From Lama guanicoe (Eukaryota), in contig MU053588.1 in the NCBI GenBank assembly GCA_013239625.1, positions 211,988 through 275,987 of the forward strand: a stretch of DNA of 64,000 nt, written 5' to 3'. A program made the translations under genes and the position numbers. The notes under the pieces were generated by a model, which was not told the origin of the DNA, made no database searches, and worked only from the letters and a program-made list of their open reading frames with translations. Below are positions 52,030 to 64,000 of the stretch, piece by piece; the stretch's first letter is position 1; the number at the start of each line of letters is the position of its first letter.

Positions 52030-55000
52030 ACACAAATGAGTTTTAGGTCTAAATTGTTACGAGACAAAGAGGAAATTAAATATTGGTAAAAGTGTCAGTT
52101 CATCAAGAAGATAAACATATTTGCACCAAACAGCAGAGACTCAAAAGTAAACAGTGACAGAATTGTTGGGAAAACCAGTTGTACAATAGTTGGTGACTTA
52201 AACACCTAATTTTCAATAGTGGGTAGAATATCCAGACAGAATACCAGTAATTAACTGGAGGACTTGAACAACACTAAAAACCAACTAGCCCTAACAGACA
52301 TATCTGGAACATTCCACCCAACAACAGCATACACACATTGATCTCAAGTGCACGTGGTACATACTCAAGGACAGACCATAAAACAATTCTGAAACAACTG
52401 AAAGCATACAAAGTAGCTTCTGTTACTAAAGTGGAGTAAGGTTAGAAGTCAATATTAGAAGGAAAATGGAAAATTTTTAAAATATGTGGGAGTTAGACAA
52501 TATATTAAACAACCAGTTGGTCAAAGGAGAAATCACTGGGTAAATTAGAAAATACTTTGAGATGAAGAAAAATAAAAACATAACATACCAAAGCTTATGA
52601 GAGGCCATTAAAGCAGTTCTCAGAGGGAAATTTATAGCTGTAAATGCCTACATTGAAAAAGAAGAAAATCTCAAATATGTAAAATCTCTAACTTTACATC
52701 TTAAGGAACTAGAAAAAGTGGAGCAAATTAAATCCAAAGGTAGCAGATGGAAGAAAATAGACAAAGCAGAAATAAACTATAAAAGAAATTTTTCAAAAAA
52801 AGAATGAAACCTAACAAAATGAAACCAAGTTAGCTCTTTGACAAGATCAACATAACTGACAAATGTTCTGATAAAGTGTTTAAGAAAAAAAGAGAAAATG
52901 CAAAGTCAGACATAAAAGTGAGGACATTACAAACCTTACAGAAATTAAAAGGATTATAAGAGAATACTACAAATAATTGTACACCTACAAGTTAAATGAT
53001 CTAGATTAAATGTACAAATCTCTAGAAACATACAAATTACTAAAACTGACTCAGTAAGAAATCACAACAGACCTGTAACAACTGAAGAGTCTAAATCAGT
53101 AGTTCAATACCTCCAAAAAAGAAGAGTCGAGGACTAGATGTGAAGGCTTCACTAATGAATTCAAATTTTTAAAGAAGGATTAACAGCAATCTTATTCAAA
53201 CTCTTTCAAAAAACAGAAGAGAGAATACTTCCTAACACATTCCATGAGGCCAGCATTATCCTGATACCAAAGCCAGACAAAAATGCCACTAGAAATGAAA
53301 ACTACAAATATCTCTCATGGATATAGATACAAAAATCCTCAACAAAATATTAGCAAGCCAAATCCAACAGTACACTAAAAGGATTATACAGCATGACCAC
53401 GTGGATTTATCCTAGGAATATAAGGGTGGTTCAAGATAAGAAAATAAATCAAGTTAATACACTACATTAATAAAACAAAGGCAGAAAAGCCCAACATGAT
53501 CATTTCAACTGAAAAGGCACTTGAAAAAGTAAAACACCCTTTCTGGATAAAAGTGGTCAGTGAACTAGGAATTGAAGCGAATTTCTGTAACATGATAAAG
53601 TATATTTATGGAAAACCCACAACTAGCATCATCCCCAATGGTGAAAGTTTGAAACCTTTTTCCTTAATATTAAGAACAAAACAAGAATGTATGATTTCAC
53701 GACTGGTACTCAACATTGTACTGGAAGTCCTGGCCAGAGGAATTAATTTAATAAAAGGCATCCAAATTGTTAAGGAAGAATTAAAGCTATCTCTATTTGC
53801 GATAACATGATTTCATATAGATAGAAAATCCTAAAATATCCATGGCGGGGGGGGACCCTTGAGTTAATAAACAAATTTAGTAAAATTAAAGGGTACAGGA
53901 TCAGCACACAAAAATTAGTTGTGGTTCTATACACCAGCAATTAACAATCCAAAAAGGAACTAAGAACATTCTATTTATAATAGCATCCAAAAGAATAAAA
54001 TACCTAAGAATAAATTTAACCGAGGGAACGAAAGACGTATACACTGAAAACTATAAAACATTGCTGAACAAAATTAAAGACATAATTAAATGGAAAGACA
54101 TCCAATTTTCATTGATTTGAAAATGTAGTAGTGTTACATTAGTCTATTGGGCTGCCATAACAAATTACTGTAACTGGATGGCTTAAACTACAGAAATTTA
54201 TTTCTCACAGTTCTGGAGCCTGGGTATTCAAAATCATCATGTTGGCAGATTTGATTTCTCCTGAGGCCTCTCTCCTTGACCTGTAGGTGGCCATTTTGTT
54301 ACTGACATGGTCTTTTCTCTGGATGTGCACACTCCTGTTGTTTCTTCCTCTTAAAAACAATTCCTGTTGGATTAGGGTCCCACCCTTGTTGCATCATTTA
54401 ATTTTAATTGACTCCTCAAAGATGCTGTCTCCAAATACAATCACATTGTGGGTTAGGGTTCAACATACAAGTTTTGGGGACACAGTTCAGTCCATAACAC
54501 CTAGTAAGATGGCAGCACTCCCCAAAGCAATCTTCAGATTCAATGCAATCCTATCAAAATTCTAATAGCCTTTTTTTTTCCCAGATTGGAAAAGCTGATT
54601 CTCAAATTTCATATGAAATTACAAGGGGCCCCAAACAGTCAAAACACCATTGAAAAACAAAGTTGGAAGACACACTTCCCAATTTCAAAATTTACTTTAA
54701 AGCTAGCAATCAAAAAAGTGTGGTACTTACATAAGAGTAAACATACGGATCAATGGGATAGAGTTGAGAGTCCAGAAATAAACCCAATCATCTACAGCCA
54801 ACTGATTTTTCGCAAGGGTGCCAACAAATTCAATGGGGAACAAATAGTTTCTTCCAGAAATGGAGCTGGGACCACTGGTTAACTGCATGTACAAGAATGA
54901 AGGTGAACTCCTGCCTCACTCCATTTACAAAAATTAACTTGAAATTTAAAAATGACCTAAATTTAAGGCTTAAATTATAAAACTCCTATAAGAAAACATA

Positions 55001-55163
55001 GGGGTAAATCTTCCTTACCTTGAATTTCTCAACGGATTTTTAGATTTGACATAAAAAACAAAAGCAGCAAGAGAAAAATTGGAATTCATAAAAAGTATAA
55101 ACTTTTTCTATGAAAAGACCTTATCAAGAAAGTGAAAAATACAAGATTAAATATTTGCAAATC
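52030..55163 (+). mobile_element. Older L1 ORF2 (EN to C-terminal region), degenerate, interrupted by an MLT1 LTR
   Basis: EN-like IVGDLNT, RT-like IVLEVLARGI...LKLSLFA, and DQWDRVESPEINP. Confidence 0.85.
54136..54499 (-). mobile_element. MLT1A/B-like LTR nested in L1
   Basis: GGGCTGCCATAACAAATTAC...GGGGACACAGTTCAGTCCATAACA. Confidence 0.85.
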
Positions 55164-55194
<31 letters not shown>

Positions 55195-55314
55195 TCTGGT
55201 TTTATTTGACTTTGGTAAAGAAAACAGGAAAATTATGCTTAATTAAAAGTGTCTACTGAAAAGGTCTAGTGCTACTGCGATTATTAACTGGAAAACTGGA
55301 ATTCTTTTTCCCCC

Positions 55315-56245
55315 CCAGTTTTGAGTTATGATTAGCATACTACACTGTATAAGTTTAAGGTATACAGCATAATGATCTGACTTGACTATACTGTGAAATG
55401 ATCATGGCAATAAGTCTTGGTAACATTTATCATCTCATGGAAGTACAAAAAGGAAAAAGTTGCTTTCCTTGTGGTGAGAATGCTTAAGCTCTATTCTCTT
55501 AACTTTAAAATATACCATATAGCAGTGTTAACTATATTTATAATTAGGTACATTACATCCCTATTTATTTATCTTACAACTGGAAGTTTATACCTTTTGA
55601 CCACCTTTATCCAATTCCCCTTCCCTCCATCCCATCTCTAGTAAACACAAATCTGGTCTCTTTTTCTATGAGTTTGTTGTTATAGATTCCACATATAAGT
55701 GATACCATACAGTATTTGTTTTTCTGACTTACTTGACCTAGCATAATGCCCTCAAGGTCTGTCCATATTGTTGCAGGATTTCCTTCTTTTGTAAGACTGA
55801 ATAATTTTCCATTGTGTATCTACATCACATCTTTATCCATTCATCCACTGATAGACACTTCAGTTGTCTCCATATCTTGGCTATTGTAAGTAACGTTGCT
55901 ATGAACGTGGGAGTGCAGATATTGCAACGTAAGTGTTTTCATTTCCTTTGGCTATATTCCCAGAGGTGAAATTGCTGGATCATATATGGTAGTTCTATTT
56001 TTTATTTTTTCAGGAACCTCCATCCTGTTTTCCATAGTTGCTGTACCAATTTACAATCTCACCAGCAGTGCACAAGGTTCCCTTTTCTCCACATCTCGGC
56101 TAGCATTTGTCATCTTGTCTTTTCGATAACAGTCATTCGATCAGGTGTGAGGTGATACCTCATTGTGGTTTTGATTTGCATTTCCCTAGAGATTAGTGCT
56201 GTTGAGCAACTTTGCATATACCTGTTGGCCATTTGTATCTTCTGT
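55315..56245 (-). mobile_element. L1 3' end (L1MA-like)
   Basis: TAGATTCCACATATAAGTGA, GCTGGATCATATGGTAGTTCTATTTTT and GGTGTGAGGTGATACCTCATTGTGGTTTTGATTTGCATTTCCCT. Confidence 0.85.
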
Positions 56246-57039
56246 TGAAAAGAGAGAAATCCTAGTGCAACTCAGCTTGCTTGTGGTCTGGCTATTTCAA
56301 TTAAAAATAATATATATGTACTATATATATATAAAAAATCTATTATACTGCCAGATTTTTCTTGGAATTTCCCATGTTCTTTTCATATTATAGATCAGAC
56401 CTAAAACTGATTCATACCTTATCTCTGTTTCAGTCTGTGTTTCTCTGCATAGTCAATGGGCTAGACCAGCAAAAAGGACAGGGCTGACTTCAGTTTGGTT
56501 ATGTGCTTTAGTATCCTTAATAATGGGTGTTGTGGAACTTACACAAGAAAGTGATTGTCAATGGTGTACATGGTTCATGAGGACATAGAAGTAATAAGAG
56601 ATCTTCATCACTTGGTCTCATCCTGCTCAATAGTTTTTCAACTGTGGTTCTAGGAAGAAATCTCTAGTTAGAGCCCACAGTATTTATCAATGATTCTTCT
56701 TGCTAATGGCAGCAAAGCTCCATCTAAGTTACCTCCTAAGTTAGGTTATTTGAAATTTAGATCACTTCAAGGAAGACAGTGGAATTTTCTCTGTACAGGT
56801 GACAACTCCAGTAATAGGCCAATCTCGTTTGTCTATTTAATATTAGGTCTCCATCTGTTTTTGTTGTCTCCTCTTTTTTATTTTGGCCTTTGATGAACAC
56901 TTAACTTTTTTCAAGTATTCAGCTTTAAAATCCCATTCCAGAAGTCAACTGCCCATTTATCCCAGAGGAAAACGGAAAACATCTTAAGATTAGAAAGAAG
57001 GCAATGGTCCCCTCTCTCTTGAGCCTTTCATACCGGAAG

Positions 57040-59410
57040 GTGCAGCCAGCGAAATAAGGCCAGAAAAGTATACAGAAGGTATACAGAATGGAAAGAACAA
57101 CAGCAACCCAAAAAACCTGTCCTTATTTGAGGACATTTTTTTCTACATAAAGAATGAAAAGGAATCTACAAATAAAAATAGCCCTCTCCCACCACTGGAA
57201 AACTTAGGTTTATATCTAACAATATGTGTAAAGAAGCTGAAAGCCAGAAAACAGTGACGAAAGAAATCAAAGATCTAAATAAGTGGAGAGACAAATTGCG
57301 CTTATGAATGAGAAGTCTCAATCAGTAAAAATTTCAGTTTTCTCCCATGATATAAAGGTATAATGCAATTCCTATCAAAATCTGAGCACAGTTTCTGGGG
57401 AGAAAAAAAAACCCAGACAAATCCAAAGTATAGAGAAAAGCCAAGAAATTAGGATAAAGCAATTTTGAAAAAGGATAAAAGGAGAAGAATCACTATTTAG
57501 CTACAGTAATCAAGAATGTGGTATTTGTAGAAGGAGAGAGACATAAATCTATGGAACCAGAAGAGTTCAGAAATAGACTCACATGAGTAGGCCACCTGAT
57601 CTTTCACAGAAGTGCAAAACAACTGAATAAGGATTTTTTTTTCAACGAAGTGTTGAAACAATTAGACATCATAGGCAAAAAAAATGAACCTTGACCTAAA
57701 CCTTACACTTTACAAAAAAAAATTAACTCAAAATGTATCACAGAATAGGTAATATCCACATTAAACTTCAAAATATTTATGCATCCAAAACCCTGGTATT
57801 TTTATAATGTTAAGTATTTGACAAAGGTTTTGTATCCAGAATGTATTATAGCACTAAAAATTTAAAAATTAATGACCCATTAGGGCCACACCCAGTGGCA
57901 GTGAGGTAAGTTTGCCTCCTGCCTCACCAACAGGGTAGTGTCAGGCGGGATGAATTTCCATGCTGGCCCAAAAGCAGTGAGGTAGAGCCAGGTGGTTCCA
58001 GGTAGTGCTGTTCAACAACCAGCTTCTCCCTCTCTTCCATGCTATCAGGGCACAATGGAGAGCTGGACTTCCATCCCCACAGAACGAATTCTAGCCACAA
58101 AATGGCGCTAGCCAACACTCTTTCCCCTCCTTTATCCTTCCCAGCTGTTTTAGCTGGGTTTGATGGAGAGCTTAACTTCCACCCTGACCCACTGAAAATG
58201 AGGTGGGTGTTAGCTCCTCTTTTGCTTGGGTGGAGTCTGTGGGGCCCAGCAGGGAGCTGAACATCCATCCCAAACTGGACCTTCAGGCTACACCTAAACA
58301 GAGTGACTGCCTGCAAAAAGGAAGGTTAAATAAGATCTAGAGTCTCACAACACAACACCCAGAATATCCAGAAAAGAACTGAAAATCAGTCATCATATCA
58401 GTCATAAAAATTTAAAACAGCAGTCATACAAATGCTTCAGTGAACAAATCATGTACATACTTAAATTTAAAAAATAGAAAATTTAGCAAAGAAAGGGAGA
58501 ATATAAAGAACAAATTGGAATATTTTAAACCAAAAAAACAGTAACCAAAAGACTCAATGGATGTGCTCAAAAGCATAATAGAGGGGACAGAGGAACGTAT
58601 CAGTGAACTTGAAGAAATAGACTTTGATGAGTTATATAAGCATAATTTAATACCTGAAGCAATTCCTAAAAATTATACAAAGAGATGTACTTACGAACTC
58701 TAGATAAAGTAGAATTCTAAAAAATGCTCATGTAACCCACAGCAAGTGAAACAGAGGAACAAAAAATGGAACAAACAAAACAACCAATAAAATGGCAGAG
58801 AATGTTCATAGCAGATTTGTAATAGCCAAAAACTGAAAACAATCCAAATGTCTTTCAATGGCTGAATATTTAAAGAATCATGGTATATCTATACCACAAA
58901 AAATTACTCAGAAATTACTCAAAAAAGAACAAATTGTACCTACAACAACTGGGATTGATCTCAAGGGAATCATGTTTAGTGGGGGGAAAACAAGCCAGTC
59001 TTAAAAGGTTATATAGTAATTCCATTTAATGAACACTCCTGATATGACAAAATTATGGAGAATAGAGTAGTGGTTGGCAGGGACTAGGAATGGCGAGCAA
59101 AGGGAGGAAACAAGGATGGGTGTGATTATAAAGGGATAGAACAAGATATAGTGTTGCAAGTTCTGTATTTTGATTGTGGTGGTAGCTATACAAAGTTACA
59201 CTAGATAAAACTGAATAGAACTACACAGACACACGTACACAAGTGCATATAAAATCAGTGAACTCTGGTAAAGTCTGTTGATCGCCAGTGTCAAATTTGA
59301 TGTTTACTATAGTTACGTAAAATGTTACCATTAGGGGAAACTGGATATGGGTATACAAACTAAATAGTACTTCAACTTCCTATAAATCTGTAATTATTTC
59401 TAAATAAAAA
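57040..59410 (+). mobile_element. Mosaic of old L1 pieces (ORF2, 5' region, L1MC/MD-like 3' end)
   Basis: AATGCAATTCCTATCAAAAT, GCTACAGTAATCAAG, AATAGCCAAAAACTGAAAACAATCCAAATGTC and GTTACCATTAGGGGAAACTGG. Confidence 0.65.
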
Positions 59411-61620
59411 TGTTTTCTTAAAGTCCTAGTAGAGAAAAAAAATAGACAAAATACATGAGTGGGCTTTTCATAGAAAAAGAACTCGGAGTACTATAAATAT
59501 TTGAAAGGCCTGAATACAAAACACCTGTAGTACAGGAAGATACGAACTTTCACATACGCTGGTCTCTTACCTGACACACACAAAATTACCAGCATCTGCA
59601 TCTCCATTTAAGGATCCAGAAACCAAAGAAATATTTGTTGAAATACACTGGAATTGCTTCTGCTCTAATACGGAAACTGTCCATTGGCTTGACATGTTAG
59701 AACATTAATAACATTTTACAGTACGAATGGTCTCTTTCCCTCAATTTAAAACCAACCCAAATGCAGGTGATTTTTTTTTCCCAAATGGAGAGTCAGTTAT
59801 CTCAACAATTGAATATTTTTTTTGTTTCTTCACTGCTTTCAAATAGGGAGGAACTTGCGTTTGAAATAAAAATGAAAAATCTAAAAATTGGCCTCAAACA
59901 AATGTTATACACTTCTGATTTGTATTATCCTAATTAACATTATGAAGCAAGAGTATTATTTTAATTCAGGTTTGGTTTATGTATTATTAAAGATAATTTT
60001 CTGTAAATGTTAGTATCTGATCAAAGTAACAATCTATTTAAAAATTGTTTCTATAGGTACAGGTTTTTTCTACCTATTTCTTATTTTATAGAAACAATAA
60101 AGAATTTTTTCAAAAAACCACAACATAATTTTGACAACCAGACTTGTTACTGCTGCCATATCCACTTTCATTCTTTATTAAAGAAATATTACAAATAAAT
60201 AAAACAACTGCTTCCAATGCCTAAAAGTCAACCAATGTCACATATGTATTCAAGATCAATACACAGTACTGTACTTTGCACTGTTATATTAAATTTATAG
60301 AACTGTTATACCATGTTTCATTGTACGTTTGCTTTTTTCTCTCAATATTATGTATTGTAATCTATCAATGTAATGATATATCAAACTTATATCTTTATGG
60401 TGTTTTCATAGAAATAATCACATCGTATTGACCTGTCTCTCTACTAACGGAAATGCTTGTTCTGTCCAATTTAAAGTAAATACAAACCATGATGCAGTGA
60501 ACATAGCGAGATACATGTATCTCTGTGCACAAATGTGGTGCTTCTAAAGCCAATACACCAAAATAGAATTGAATGTTCCGTATTTATGTGTTTTTAAAGA
60601 AGTCCTGTCACTCTAAAGTAAGAAATATAGTCTATTCTATTTTATCATAGTTATACAATTTTGTATTTTATATTGTCTTCAATCTGTTTGGGTTTTATTT
60701 TTGTATATGGTATAAAGTAGAGAGCTAACAGTTTTTGTTGAATCTTCCATTTATTGAATAGGCCATCCTTTTCCCAGTGGTTTTAATAGCACTATAGTAC
60801 ACATAATTCCTGTATTTCCTTCCTCCAGTCCCCAGTTTGTTTCCACTGATTTATTTACTCATCAAGAACACATTGTTCAAGTGGCAGCAGCTTTACATAA
60901 ATATGTGATGATATCTAGTAGTCTGCCTTTTCTTTTGCTTTCACATTTTTTTTTTAGCCATTAGTGGTCCTTTAACTCCCTATGTAAAATTTTGATTCAG
61001 TTTGTGAAATTTTTAAAATATAACTGGTAAAACTTTTGAGTGGATGTACTTTAAACATAGAGATTTGTGAGAAATTTTATATATATATATATTTTTACAA
61101 TCTCAAATCTTTTCAGACAATGCTATTTTTCTCAAATTTTCAGGTGTTCTTTTGTGCCCTTCAAAATGTTGTATAACTTTATATGTGTCTTGTAATTCAT
61201 TATTTATTCTTAGATATTTTATATCAACGTATTTTCTAATTAACTATTCTCATATAACAGGTTATTTTTATAGTTTCTTTTTTTCTCCAATCTTCTTTTT
61301 CTTGCTTAAGATATTGGCTAGGAGCTCAAGTAGCATGTAGACATACTAATAGCAAATATCCTGTTTCAGATATTAATGAGAATGCTGGGTAAATGTTATC
61401 ATCAGATAAGATGTCTGCTGAAGATTTTTGATGATCACCTTTTCACTATAAAATTTGTCACCTTGGTAAGATTCTCATGTTTCACAAATGTGTGACTTCT
61501 TCAAAAGGCTTTCCCACATTCACAGTTTTCTGCTCTAGATCCAATTACATAATGCACAAGGAGGTGCTAATTCCTTCTGAAGACTTTTCCATATTCATGA
61601 GATTCACAGGGTTTCTATTT

Positions 61621-63528
<1,908 letters not shown>

Positions 63529-64000
63529 CTAGTTTCCTATTAAGCAAATTTGAGGTACCTATATCTATTTCCTAAGCTTTATGAAATTCTAGGAAATGAA
63601 ATATGAGTACAGTCAGATACTTAAGAATACAAATAGCTTTGATTTCTTCTAAATGGGATCTCAAAGAAAAAGACAGAAACTGTTAGAAAATAAAACAGGG
63701 AATGCAGAATGTACAAATAAAGTAAGAAGAAATAATGATAGAAAAACAAAAACGGGAAGCTAAAAAATCATAAAAGTATTTTACAGGACTCTATTTAAAT
63801 ACACTTTTATAAAATGCGTTGACAAATAATTTTCTGGAAAACGTAAATTACCAAAACTGACTGTAAGATGTAGAAAACAAATATAGACCAATGTCAACAA
63901 AATAAAAGGAAAAATATGAAAAGAAATCCCCTAAAAACAAAACAAATAAGAAAGGCCCAGAGATACTGACTTTGGAATTTAAAGAAACATCTAAGAGACA

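Noticed and set aside
56245..56930. Possible ERV internal or env remnant
   Set aside because: The composition is suggestive but I could not read a diagnostic motif, so it is left uncalled.
57924..58316. 130-aa ORF with recurring GAGCT..ACTTCCA.CC motifs
   Set aside because: Most likely the repetitive 5' region of an old L1; no coding evidence.

Overview
Mammalian genomic DNA from a KRAB-C2H2 zinc-finger gene cluster. From recalled protein sequences and gene order it matches the human chr19q13.12 block ZNF875(HKR1)-ZNF527-ZNF569; no database search was run. The window holds the 3' end of ZNF875 (+, 1-816), a complete ZNF527 (+, CpG-island exon 1 near 16.6 kb; coding exons 19513-19545, 21494-21620, 22259-22354 and 33111-34690; 611 aa) and the last exon of ZNF569 (-, 63428-61621). 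tRNA-Ala-derived SINEs suggest a camelid host (inference). Most of the remainder is L1, L2, MIR, LTR and DNA-transposon sequence. I found no convincing new multi-gene system. The most notable items are: a tailless RNase MRP RNA (RMRP) fragment with a perfect 15-bp target-site duplication inside an L1; an orphan CpG promoter plus a dead KRAB-A exon between ZNF875 and ZNF527; an L1 with an ORF1-to-ORF2 internal deletion; a polyadenylated LTR-like retrocopy; fossil zinc fingers behind all three stop codons; and a hairpin, G-quadruplex and Z-DNA cluster upstream of ZNF527. Repeat family names and boundaries are by eye and approximate.
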